Shown: positions 18,925-30,490 of the stretch, piece after piece
Layout of the letters: each line of letters opens with the position of its first letter
How positions within the stretch are numbered: the stretch's first letter is position 1
IMG/VR virus record: IMGVR_UViG_3300003155_000119
Span: 1 to 64,000 of that record
Direction: 5' to 3' (one strand)
Length of the DNA: 64,000 nucleotides
From: a virus
Lineage: Duplodnaviria > Caudoviricetes
Notes under the pieces: generated by a model
Told to the model about the DNA's origin: nothing
Databases searched by the model: none
The model's input: the letters and a program-made list of their open reading frames with translations, nothing else
Program-made: the position numbers and the translations under genes

Positions 18925-20016
18925 ATTAAATTAGATTACTCTTTAAAAACGCCGCAAGAGCGGCTCGCCTTAGTTCAAAAGATATGCGCCTAGGCCCGTC
19001 CAGAAGATCTATCACCTTAGTATCTTGAGCAAATGACGGACTACCTAGTTTTTCCCATTGAGCGCGAAGAGCGCAAAAAGAAAGAAATTTTAACTGAAAA
19101 TAGAATGGTCACAATTAACAAGAGAGAAACATCTTATTAGGGATTGGCGGAAAAATTTGAGGGCGGCGAGGACGAACTTTATAATTTGTTCTCTAACTTA
19201 GGAAAAACAACTATATTTGAACCAAAAAACAAAAAAATAACGGAACGAGATATAGAAGAAGTTCCTGGTTTAAAAGAGTTGCGGCAAGAGATAGAAAAAA
19301 TAGAAGCGCAAGTAAAATCTGCCTCTGGCCGCAAAAAATATCTCTTAAAAAAGTAGTTAATATAGATGCGGCAAGACCAGTACATTTTAAAGAATGAGTA
19401 TCGTTAGCCTCTTGTTACGAATAATATGACCAGTAATAATAATAACTTAATCAGTTATAAGAATTTGGCCGCAGATGAAGATAATAGCATCATAGTAAAT
19501 GAAGTAACTGGTGAAGTAACAAGTACCAGTCCAATATCCTTATATAATGCTAAACATATTTCTGCGCTATTGTGCAATTATTCAAAAATTAAGCAAGAGT
19601 GCAAAGATGATTTTATGAGTGATGCGTATTATATAATAAAAAACTTAGACAATTTAGTAAACAATGTATTAAAACCCTCTTATCCTTTGCTGTTTGATAT
19701 ATTAGTATATAAGATTAAAGGAATGTCTAATTAGGAAATTTAGTCCGCAATAAAACAAAGATATAATATAAAATATTCACTTGAACATATTTCCTTCTTA
19801 TGGCGGAACAAAATTCCTAAATTGTTAGCGCAAAAGAATCAAGAGCAATACCTCTTATGGTACTATACTTATAAAGCACCAGAGAGGGCGGTTTGGAAGA
19901 CTTGCAGCAAATGCGGCAAGAAGAAATTAGCTAACAATGTTTTCTTTTCTCGTAACACAGATAGTAAAGATGGATGGTATAGTATTTGTAAAGAATGCAG
20001 AAACAAAAGGAAGTGA
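18925..20016 (+). CDS. putative transcription regulator: sigma region-4-like HTH plus C-terminal Cys4 zinc finger (363 aa, ATT start)
   Basis: ORFs 19144, 19426 and 19822 are joined by TAGs; KIKGMSNQEIQ...YSLEHISSLWRNKIPK HTH-like; CSKC...CKEC; AGGAGGTG SD 6 nt before ATT; sigma-A promoter ~18867-18895. Confidence 0.65.
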
Positions 20017-20025
20017 TATATTAGT

Positions 20026-21246
20026 ATGCCAGTTGAATTAGAGCGGAAAAAATGTAAAAAATGCGGAAAAACATTAAAAATTAGTTCTTTCTACAGAAAA
20101 AGAGATGGAGAGTATTTAGATTTATGTAAAGCGTGCTATACAATGCACATGGACTGCTTTGAGCCAGAAACTTTTCTATGGGCGCTTGAAGAATGCGATA
20201 TTCCTTATATACCTTCTAAATGGAACTCTGTAAGAGATAAATATTTTGACCGCGACCCAGATAATATTAACGTAACGGCTATATTTGGTAGATATTTGTC
20301 TGTCATGTGCTTAAATTAGTGGAAAAAATATGGATGGGCTGATACAGAAAGGCTCCAAGAGGAACTAAATGATAAGTACGACGCTCAGGAAGCGGCAGAG
20401 CGCAAATAGCGTGAAGAAGAATTGAGAATGCAGAAAGAAGCAGGCGAAATCTCTGATGCGCAATACTAGACTTATATGAGTACAGAGACTCAATACTAGG
20501 AATATTAGACGCGTCCGCCCGCATCACAAGAGGAAGCAATAGGCGCAGACAATTATTATAAAGAAGAAGATTTTCTTGATTTAGATGAATTACCTGACCC
20601 GGCCGCAGGACTAACAAAAAAAGACCAAATATGGCTGGTAATGAAATGGGGTAATATGTATAAACCAGATGAGTTACTTTCATTAGAGAAAAAATACAAT
20701 GAAATGATACGAGATTTTGACGTTAGTGAAAGTGATACAGAGTCTACTCTCATCCTATTGTGCAAGACCTATTTGAAAATGAACCAAGCCATTGACGCAA
20801 ATGATACTGAATCATATAAAAAATATGCTAGTGTATATGACTCTTTGCGGAAATCAGCAAAATTTACTGCCGCGCAAAAGAAAGAGCAAGAAAAAGACTT
20901 TATAGACTGCGTTGGTAATCTTGTTCTCTATTGTGAAAAAACAAAAGGGAAAATACCTAGATACGATACATCTATTGATTATGACGTATTTGATAAAGTA
21001 ATTAAGGATTTAAAGAGCTATAATAAGTCTTTAATATATGAAGATAAGTCATTAGCGCGGCAAATAGAAGATTATCTGAAAAAGTTGGATATACAGCAAA
21101 AGAGAAAAGCCGCGGAAAAGGAAGCACAAGAAAAAGGCATTAGAGCAAAAGACCTTCCTGTTACTGATGAAGAAAGAGCTTATTAGAGTGAGCTATTGTC
21201 AAAACAAAGAGAAAATGACGAAAAGGTTTATAAAGGAGAGATTTGA
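20026..21246 (+). CDS. zinc-finger protein directly upstream of TerL, probable terminase small subunit (406 aa)
   Basis: CKKC...CKAC N-terminus; ORFs 20026 and 20641 in frame via TAGs; position. Confidence 0.6.
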
Positions 21247-21249
21247 TAT

Positions 21250-24200
21250 ATGACTTTACAAGAGCTAATGAACCTCTCTAAAGAAAAATCTGTTTCCTCG
21301 TAGTTTGCGATAACTGAAGAAAGAATAAATGCTTAGATAGATAATATAAGAAAATTAATCGCTTTCTTTAGAGAGTATCCTGATATATTTATAGATTTTA
21401 TTAAAGGCCCTGATAGCAAATTTAAACTATATAATTATTAGCGAATTATATTAAGGGCGGCAATGCGACACAGGTATGTTTATATGACTTTGCCGCGCGG
21501 TTCATCTAAATCATTTTTGTCAATGCTAATACTAATGTTACGTTGCATTTTGTATCCTGGGTCGGAGATGTTCGTTACGACCGGCGGTGAGACGACTTGC
21601 CGCATAATAATAGCGGAATTAAGCTGGAACCCTGAAATGGGAATCAGAACCGAAGGCTGCAATATTGCGGTCAGGGGCAACGCATAGAAGGTGAAAAGAT
21701 ATAATCCTTCCACGAGGCCGCTACTCTTTTTCTATTGTTTAGAGAAAGATGAAAAGATATGCTGAGCTATTACAAATAGAAAGTAATAGAACTAAAGGAT
21801 AAAAAGCCTTTAGGATAACAATATTGAAGGAACAGGCCGCATCAATTACAATATCGAAAATTGAGCAGTTATGTAGTTTAATTCCTGCTCTTGATAATGA
21901 GCTAAATAGAGAGCGCGGCCAGACGCGAAATTCTACTAAAGATGTTAAATACATATTTAAGAATGGTTCGACTATTGATGTTTTGAGCGCAACCGAAAAG
22001 ACTAGAGGCTAGCGCCGAACGGGCGGTTTGATGGAAGAATGCGTGCTCATAGACTAGACCGCGCTAAATGAAATAATAATCCCCACAACTGTTATTGACC
22101 GACAACTTGCGGACGGGACGCGTTACCCTGATGAAGTAATTAACAAATCTCAGATTTTCATTAATTTTTTGGTCAAAGTTTACTAATTTTTATGAATATA
22201 TCCTTATATATAATATAAAGAGAAATATTATACAGTAAAGGAGATAAATAATGAAATATTATATTTATAAAATAGAAAATTTAATAAATCATAAAGTTTA
22301 TATTGGTTTAACTAATAATATAGAGAGAAGAAGAAATAGACATTTTTCAGATTTAAGACATAATAGACATGATAATCATTTTTTACAAAAAGAGTTTAAT
22401 ATATATGGTGAAGAAAATTTTTCTTTCTCTGTTATCTTTGAAAATGATATTACAGAAAAAGAAATAGGGGATAAAGAAAAATATTATATTAAACAATATG
22501 ATAGTTATAAAAATGGATATAATCAAAATGAAGGAGGCAATTTTGGTGCGTCAAATGGAGGGAGTCATTTGATAGAAAAAGACATATTTGAAATTCTTGC
22601 AGCTATTGAATTTGCTCCAAGCCGCCCTGGTGAAATTCTTTCTTAGATTTTTGGAGTAACAAAAACAACTATTAGCAGAATTAGGAAGAGTGTAAATCAT
22701 ATCTATTATATTGAAGAATATAATAATAAAACGTAGGAAGAAAAAAAATAGATATATCAAGAATTTTGTAAAAGGACTAATTTTGAATAGAAAGTTCTAT
22801 CTTCTACGAAGTTAAGAACAAAAAGAAGAATAAAAGATGAAGATGTTTATTTAATTTTATGTAATTTTGAAAAGAGAATAGTTTCTTTAAATACTCTAAT
22901 GAAATACTTAAATGTAAGTAGTAGTAATACTCTTTATAGTATAAGAAAAGGAGAAAGCTATAAAGATTGTGCAGAACAGTATAAATTATTTACTGACGAC
23001 CAAAAACAAAAGTTAGTGACCTTACTTAGAAATTTGTAAGTGAAAACCCCTTGAATTGCTGGAAAATCTTTTAAAATAGACAATCAGCAGCCAAGCCTCG
23101 AAAAAGAGGAAGGTTCAACGACTATCCTGAAAAGGAGTACATTGTAAGCGATTGACAATGGAAGCAGGGGGCACCCAAATAAGGGTGGTGATATAGTCTA
23201 ATCTCATATGTGAATATGAGCTGCCGTAAGGCGCGTATTAAGTAGCGATTAATACGGAATATAAATGAACGACCGCAGGCTACCGGAACTCGTTTGCGTA
23301 TAAGAAGTTGATTGAACTTTTAGTACAGTCTATACTAAAGCCAGATGAGGTAATGATTCTTGGCGGTACGTATCAGATTCCTGTTGTTGAGGGGTTGCAA
23401 GATGAGAACTGGTTGGATTAGTTAAAACTGCAAGATACATTCAACGAAGATTCGTTTGAACGAGAGTATAAAATAACATTGTACTCTATAAATACAATGA
23501 ATTGCTGGAAAATCCTTAGAGCTTTTCTTACTACAGCACAAATATGAAATATGGTTAATTGCGACAGTGAAAAAAAGGAAAGATTGGACAATCAGCAGCC
23601 GAGTCTCGAATAGAGAAAGGTTCAACGACTATCCAAAAGGAGTACACTGTAAACTGTTGACAGTGGAAGTATTGTACATAGAAGATATAGTCTAATCTCA
23701 TGTGAAAGCATGAGCAGCGAAAGCGCGTATGAAGTAGTGAATCATGCGGAATATAAATGATGAGCAAGTGGACTGGAGATGCCGATGGCGCATTCTACTC
23801 CTCTGAAAAATTTGACCAAGGCCGCGTTCTTAATTTACCAGAGTACGAATATAATAAACATCTATCTAAGTCCTCTTATTACGTTATTGGTGTCGATGTG
23901 GGAAGAATTGGGTTAATAGTTAGCTCAATTAAAATCTCTTTAATTGCTGGGAAGTCCTAACATCAAAGATGAGGGTAATCAGCAGCCAAGCTCTGAAAAA
24001 GAGAAGGTTCAACGACTATCCTGAAAAGGAGTAGATTTAAGTGAATCGAAAAGGGAGATTTCTGAAAAGAAAAAGATATAGTCTAATCTCATATGAAAGT
24101 ATGAGCAGTTCATAAGAGAACGCACATAGATTAACGACCTATGTGGAATGCAAATGGTACGACTGAGGCTTGCGTCTTCAAAGTCACTCCTCTAGCTCAG

Positions 24201-24860
24201 GGCGGCACGGTGAAGAGTCTAGTAAACATATATACTTATAAAGCGGAACATTTTGAAACACAAGCTATTAATTTAAAGCGGCTATTCTTTTAGTATCGCG
24301 CTCGGACCATCGCTTTGGATGCGAATGGCCTGGGGGTGGGACTAGTTGATTTTATGGTAAAACCGCAAACAGACCCCGAAACAGGCGAGGTATTTCCTTC
24401 TTTTGGCGTCTTAAATGATGATGATGGACTTTACCGAAAATATAAAACGATTGACACCGTTGCCGATGCAATGTATTTAATTAAAGCTAATGCGCCGATT
24501 AACACGGAAGCTTACTCTTATGCTCAAGTCCAAATGGCGAGTGGACGCATTAAATTTTTAATAGACGAGGCCGCGGCAAAAGTAAAATTAATGTCAACGC
24601 GGCATGGTCAAAATATGAACGCAGATGAAAGAAATGAATATTTAAAGCCTTTCGTTCAAACTTCCATACTTAGAGAGCAAATTTTGAATCTAGTACAATC
24701 TAATGAAGGAGTTAATATTATCTTAAAGCAGTCTTCAAGAGGAATACCTAAAGATAAATTCTCTGCGTTCATCTATGGATTGTATTATATAAAGAAGGAA
24801 GAAGAAAGGAAGAAAAAGCGTTCTAACTTTGATATTTCTGATTTGCTATTGTTTAATTAA
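21250..24860 (+). CDS. terL: terminase large subunit, 5 exons (21250-21588, 21827-22161, 23268-23469, 23760-23913, 24157-24860; 577 aa)
   Basis: Spliced product has Q motif LYNY(TAG)R, Walker A PRGSSKS, Walker B GLMEE, motif III ITTAG, FEREYMSKW, RNase H VIGVDVGR and KDKFSA. Confidence 0.9.
21589..21826 (+). mobile_element. group I intron TerL-i1 (238 nt, variant P7 GCAUA/UAUGC)
   Basis: Exon ends U, intron ends G; IGS GCCGC pairs with GCGGU; joins TTGG|KEQAA in frame. Confidence 0.8.
22162..23267 (+). mobile_element. group I intron TerL-i2 carrying a GIY-YIG homing endonuclease
   Basis: Core motifs AATTGCTGGAA, AATCAGCAG, TCAACGACTA, GATATAGTC; restores QIFI|TTAGY. Confidence 0.85.
22251..23039 (+). 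CDS. GIY-YIG homing endonuclease (262 aa, 4 TAG)
   Basis: YYIYKIEN...VYIGLT...R...H...E...GYN motifs. Confidence 0.85.
23470..23759 (+). mobile_element. group I intron TerL-i3 (290 nt)
   Basis: Core motifs; IGS GUACUCU pairs with AGAGUAU; restores FEREY|MSKW. Confidence 0.85.
23914..24156 (+). mobile_element. group I intron TerL-i4 (243 nt)
   Basis: Core motifs; IGS GCUCAAUU; restores DVGRIG-C-TTEAC. Confidence 0.85.
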
Positions 24861-24951
24861 AAATTTTTGGGCAAAAGAGATAAAGGAATATTATGAATAA
24901 ATTAATTATAATAAAGGATTTGATGATTCAATCAAGGAGGTGATTAATTGA

Positions 24952-25318
24952 ATGAGGTCTAGTAGAGGAGAAATTAAAATAGAAGAAATTCTGCAAGCCG
25001 CAGGATTAGATTTTCAAGAGGAATACAGTTTTCCAGATTTAACAACTAATACAGGAAGACCTCTTCGATAGCCGATTTGATTTTGCAGTATTTGATGATT
25101 GCGGCAAGTTAGATTTTTTAATTGAATTTTAGGGGATTTAGCATTATCAGCCGAAAGATAAGTTTGGTGGAGTTGCTGGTTTGCGGAAATAGCAGTATAA
25201 TGATATGTAGAAACGCATCTACTGTAAGAAACACGGAATTCCGCTTGTCTTAATTCCATACTACGATTAGAATCGCGTTAATTATGATTACATAATGAAA
25301 GCCGCGGGGTATTGCTAA
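24952..25318 (+). pseudogene. PD-(D/E)XK / Vsr-like endonuclease with a frameshift at 25069-25075
   Basis: SRGE..IEEIL...EEYSFPDL...PLR, then FDFAVF...IEFQGIQHY in the +1 frame. Confidence 0.65.
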
Positions 25319-25350
25319 ATATTAAGATATTAGAAAGGAGGGAATGACTT

Positions 25351-26898
25351 ATTAAAAATAGGATGGACGAGATAAAGAAAAAAGGATTCGATATGACACC
25401 AGATTCCTTTTAGTATTAGTCTCAAGATTTTAGTAAAATTAGAATCGGATAGAAAAACGTCGAGGATGCAATACTGAATCTTAGTGACTTTAAGCGTACT
25501 GATTCAAGACTAGGAGATAAAACAACTATATTGAATGCCATAAAAAATAATGATTAGCGGCTAATGAGAGAAATATCTAGCTTTTTTTATAGAACGAGTG
25601 GTATTTATAATCGGTTATGCAGGTATATGGCTTATATGTACAGATATGATTGGATGATAACTCCTTATATTAATTCAGAATCAATTAAAGAAGAAAAAAT
25701 CCTTGATGGTTTTAACAAAGCACTAGCTTATTTGGATAATTTTTGTGTAAAGAAATTTTTAGGAGAAGTTGCATTAAAGGTTATCAAGAATGGTTCTTAT
25801 TATGGTTACGTCATTAAATATTAGGATAGAGCTATTGTTTAGGAACTACCACCTAATTATTCGCGGTCAAGATTTGTTGCAGCGAATGGAACTCCTTTGA
25901 TAGAATTCAACATGAGATTTTTTGATGAAACATTTAGAGATACAAATTAGAGAATAAAAATGATTAATGCTTTTCCTGAAGAATTTAGAAAAGGATATAT
26001 ATTATATAAAAAAGGTTAGTTACCTCCTCAGTTTGCAGGAGATATATCTGGATGGTACTTGCTTGATTCTAATAATACTATAAAATTTAATTTAAATAAT
26101 GAAGATTATCCTCCTTTTATTGCAGTTATTCCAAAAATTATTGACTTAGATAACGCTCAAGGGCTAGACCGCAAAAAGATGCAATAGTAGCTACTGAAAT
26201 TAATTATTCAAAAGATGCCAATAGATAAAAATGGAGATTTAATATTTGATGTGGATGAAGCTAGATAGTTGCACTTGAATGCAAAATAGATGTTAGCTTA
26301 GACTATTGGATTAGATGTATTGACTACTTTTGCGGATATTTCGGTTGAGGACTTAGCTGATAATGTCACTACAACTTCAGCTGATGAACTAGAAAAGGTT
26401 GAGAGAACAGTTTATAACGAAGCTGGTGTTTCGCAAATGCAATTTAATACAGATGGCAACATAGCTCTTGAAAAATCTACTTTAAATGACGAAGCTGCTT
26501 TGTATAATTTAATTCAATAGTTTGAAAACTTCTTAAATTATTTATTAGAACCTTTTAATAAGAATCCTAAAAAGATTTATTATAAGGCATCTATACTAGG
26601 TACGACTATTTATAATTATAAAGAGTTATCTAAATTATATAAAGAATAGACGCAAATGGGCTATTCAAAAATATTACCATAGTTAGCTCTTGGACAATCA
26701 TAGAGTTCAATATTAGCGAATGCTTATTTCGAGAACACTATATTAGACTTGGTTCATGTTTTTATCCCTCCAATGACGTCTAATACTATGAATGCAGAGA
26801 GTTTAAGTTAGGTGAGTGGAAAAGAAAGCGGTCGGCCAGAAAAAGAAAATGATTAGAAATCTGAAAAAACTATTTAGAATAAAGAATCTGCAAGTTAA
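25351..26898 (+). CDS. portal protein (~515 aa; ATT start at 25351 or ATG at 25363)
   Basis: Long TAG-read-through frame after TerL and before protease and capsid; size and position. Confidence 0.75.
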
Positions 26899-26915
26899 AG
26901 GAGAGTGAAATAAAG

Positions 26916-28175
26916 ATGGTACATCAGTCAGTATCAGTCATAAAAGAACCAGAGTTTATCAATCTTTCTCCTAACGATATAAATCCATTGGTCTCTAACT
27001 GTTAGATAAAAGTTCTATATGTAGGAGAAAATAGAAATAGAAGCTACATCTCTAAGGAAGTTGCTGAAGATATGGCGAAATCTCTTAGAGGAACTCCTAT
27101 TGTTGGATACTATGTAGAAGATAAGAAAGACTTCGGCGATCATGGGGAGCAATTAGTTATAGATGGAGAAGGATTTCATTTTAATACATTGACTAAACCT
27201 TATGGGTTTGTTGCGCCTGATGCAAAGGTATGGTTCTAGGACTTTGAAGACATGGATGAGCGCGGAATAAAAACTGTTAGAACCTATTTAGTTACAGATG
27301 GCTATTTATGGACAGGACAATTTGAAGAATGTCGTAGTTTATTAACGAATGCAAAAAGCCAATCAATGGAGCTAGATAGTGAAACTTTAAATGGCGAATG
27401 GTCAAATGCGGTTAATAATAATTATGAACTTTTTATTATTAATGACGCAATATTTTCAAAGTTATGTATTTTAGGTGACGATGTAGAGCCTTGCTTTGAA
27501 GGAGCTAGCATTGCGCCTAAAGCATATAATTTAGATTTTCAAAAGACTTTATTCTCTATGGTGAAAGATTTACAAGAGATAAAGTCAGAAGGGAGAGCAA
27601 ATAGTATGAACACTGAAATTAATGAAAACAATGATTTAAATGCTGCGGCAAGTGCAGCAGAATCTGCTGCCGCAACTACTTTTACTGAAAACACTGAAAA
27701 AATCGAAAATAATCAAGAAAATTTGGGCAAAGCTAATCAAGAGGAATCGCCTAAAAATGAAAATACAATAACAGCGGAACAATTTTCTTTGTTAAGCCAA
27801 GAGTATGAAGATTTAAAGAATAAGAATGCGGAACTGCAAGAAAAATATTCTAAGTTAGAGCAAGACTATTCTGAGCTTTTGACTTTTAAGAAGAATGTTG
27901 AAAACGAAAAGAAAGACGAACTAATTAAGAGTTTTTATATGCTTTCTAATGAAGATAAGAAAGACGTTATGGAGAATAAAGAGAAGTATTCTCTAGATGA
28001 AATAGAAGCAAAACTTTCTGTTGTTTGCTTTAGAAAGAAAATTAATTTCGCCTCTGAGAAGGAAGAGGCCGAAGGAGAGCCAGCCGCGCCCGTTACTTAC
28101 TCACTACAGGACGAGACTGAAGATGTTCCAGCTTGGTTAAATTCTATCAGAGACGCACATAATAAAAATAAGTGA
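26916..28175 (+). CDS. prohead protease / scaffold fusion (419 aa)
   Basis: KVLYVGENRN...PIVG...DH...QSME...LCILG.DVEPCFEG protease-like domain followed by a coiled coil. Confidence 0.75.
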
Positions 28176-28202
28176 TTAAATACGAAAGGATGACATACTA
28201 GT

Positions 28203-28778
28203 ATGAAGAGAGTTGGATTCGGGCAAGTAGAAGCTAATCACTTGTCTGCACAGAGAACTGGTCAAATTTATGCACAGCTTCCAGCTAAGAATGATATTAA
28301 TTTACTGGAAAATGGTCAGTTCGTTAAATATAATTATGCTGATGGAGTTGTTGACTTCGAAGGCGAAGGCGAGTGGATGCTCGTTTATAACGAAGTTAAG
28401 TTATACGATGCGCCCTGGAGAGAGTCTTATAAAGATTTTGCTATGATTAAGGATAATTATACTCCAGGTAGCGATTCTATTACCCATGATGGACTTGGTC
28501 CTTTTAAGGGTCAAATGACTCCTCGCTTATTCAAGACTAATATTGGCGATATTTTTACGACTAACTGCTTAGAAAAAGCTAATACAAGCGGCAAGGCAGA
28601 AGTTACTTTAACAGATTTAACTGTTGGTGATGTAGTTGCTCCTACCAAAACAAATGGTTACTTAAAAAAGAGCGACAGTGGTACTACTACAGATGACACC
28701 GTTATGAAGTGGCAGGTAGTTAAACTCACCACAATGCCAGACGGCCAGGCCGCAGTCAAATTAATGAGAATACTGTAA
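28203..28778 (+). CDS. head decoration / capsid-associated protein
   Basis: Position between scaffold and capsid; ends TMPDGQAAVK; no TAG. Confidence 0.6.
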   Translation: MKRVGFGQVEANHLSAQRTGQIYAQLPAKNDINLLENGQFVKYNYADGVVDFEGEGEWMLVYNEVKLYDAPWRESYKDFAMIKDNYTPGSDSITHDGLGPFKGQMTPRLFKTNIGDIFTTNCLEKANTSGKAEVTLTDLTVGDVVAPTKTNGYLKKSDSGTTTDDTVMKWQVVKLTTMPDGQAAVKLMRIL

Positions 28779-28803
28779 TTGGGGAAAGGAGGAAAATTTG
28801 ATT

Positions 28804-29829
28804 ATGGCTTTAAATAAGAAAGATTTAATTACCCTAGGTAAAATGGCTGCTAATGCAGATTCTTCTTCTCCTGTTGCTTATTCTTTTGGTGAAGAGAAAT
28901 ATAGTTATGAAGATTTAAATAATGCTTTTAGAGCACAATTAAAAGAGATTGCTGGGACACCTGCTCTGTATAGAGAAAATAAAAATCTTGTATTTGAATT
29001 AATGGAAGAAATTATTGATGATGTTCTTCCTAAGAAAGTTTTAGATCAATACAGTCAGTTTGCGGAAATTAAGACTTATGCTCAGGGAGACCGGCCTGTA
29101 TTTACTCAGAGAATTACAGCTGCGGCTCGGAGACGTGCAAAGCAATTCATTACTAAAGTTGGTTTAGCTGGTAAGTACGAGGTCTTCAAGCTGGATGGAC
29201 GGAGCTATGAAGTTCCTACTAGCGCATTCGGTGGAGCTGCCCAGATTAGTATTGAAGAATATCTGGATGGCCGCATCGACATGGCAGACGTACTAGATAT
29301 TGTGATGGAAGGTCTAGATGAGGCTATTTATCTTGAGATTGAGCGTGCTTTAGTTGCGGCAGTAACCGATTTACCCGCTGCAAATCAAACTGTTCAAACC
29401 TCTTTTGATGAAGACGAAATGGATAAGTTAATTTCCATTGCTGATTCTTATGGTCAGTCTACTATTTACTGCACATACGAGTTCGCCGCCACAATGGTTC
29501 CTTCTGAAGGCTGGATTTCTGATAATATGAAAGACCAAAAGTGGAATAACGGATACCTAGCTAATTATAAGGGCCACAGAGTGATTGTTTTACCTCAATC
29601 CTACGAGGATGAGACCAATGCTAAGAAAGTTATTGACCCGTCTTATGCTTGGATTATTCCTACTGGCGCGGAAAAACCAGTTAAAGTTGCTTTTGAAGGT
29701 CAGACTATGGTGCGTGAATTTGAGAACCACGATTGGTCAAGAGAATTTCAAATTTATAAAAAGGTTGGCGTTGGCGCTATTTTCACCAACAATATTTGCG
29801 TCTATCAGAATACCTCTTTAACTAGATAA
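28804..29829 (+). CDS. major capsid protein
   Basis: 341 aa, strong SD, biased codon use, followed by a terminator, canonical position. Confidence 0.8.
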   Translation: MALNKKDLITLGKMAANADSSSPVAYSFGEEKYSYEDLNNAFRAQLKEIAGTPALYRENKNLVFELMEEIIDDVLPKKVLDQYSQFAEIKTYAQGDRPVFTQRITAAARRRAKQFITKVGLAGKYEVFKLDGRSYEVPTSAFGGAAQISIEEYLDGRIDMADVLDIVMEGLDEAIYLEIERALVAAVTDLPAANQTVQTSFDEDEMDKLISIADSYGQSTIYCTYEFAATMVPSEGWISDNMKDQKWNNGYLANYKGHRVIVLPQSYEDETNAKKVIDPSYAWIIPTGAEKPVKVAFEGQTMVREFENHDWSREFQIYKKVGVGAIFTNNICVYQNTSLTR

Positions 29830-29840
29830 TTTTATTGAGT

Positions 29841-29869
29841 GAGAGGAAAATTATTTCCTCTCCTTTTTT
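29841..29869 (+). terminator. rho-independent terminator after the capsid gene
   Basis: GAGAGGAAA/TTTCCTCTC hairpin plus U-tract. Confidence 0.75.
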
Positions 29870-29902
29870 ATAATACGGAGATAAAAGGAGTAAATAATTT
29901 AT

Positions 29903-30484
29903 ATGATTGAAAATAACGAAGTTATTAAAGTAAAAAATCGCGGAGCTTGTTCTGCTGGTTATAAGATTCCAGAGGATAGAATTGTTAGGAAGTTTGCGCC
30001 AAATGAGGAAAAAGAAATAACGATGGGCGAATTGAGAAAGCTTTCTTTCCAGCCTGGTGGGCAGTATTTGATTGAAAATTGCTTAATTATTGAAAATGAG
30101 CACGCAGTAAAAGAATTAATGCACCAAGTGGAGCCAGAATATTTTTATACAGACAAAGAAGTACAAGCAATACTTGAAAGAGGAACAATGTCTCAGTTTT
30201 TAGATTGTTTAGATTTCGCGCCGCAAGGAGTAATTGATATAATCAAAAAAGTAGCTGTTCAAATTAAATTAAATGATGTTGCTAAAAGACAAGCGATTAA
30301 AGACAAAACTGGCTTTGATGTAACAAAAGCAATCGAAATTAGCGAAGAGACTGAAGTGTTCGAAGATGCTATTCCAAGTGGTAGACGCACTGCCGCACCA
30401 GATTTTTCAACGACAGAGACTAAGCCAGAAAAGAAAAGACGTGAACCTATTTTGGCTAATTATGAAGTGATTATTAAGGAGTGA
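29903..30484 (+). CDS. hypothetical virion-module protein
   Basis: Intact ORF with SD. Confidence 0.7.
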   Translation: MIENNEVIKVKNRGACSAGYKIPEDRIVRKFAPNEEKEITMGELRKLSFQPGGQYLIENCLIIENEHAVKELMHQVEPEYFYTDKEVQAILERGTMSQFLDCLDFAPQGVIDIIKKVAVQIKLNDVAKRQAIKDKTGFDVTKAIEISEETEVFEDAIPSGRRTAAPDFSTTETKPEKKRREPILANYEVIIKE

Positions 30485-30490
30485 TGAAAG

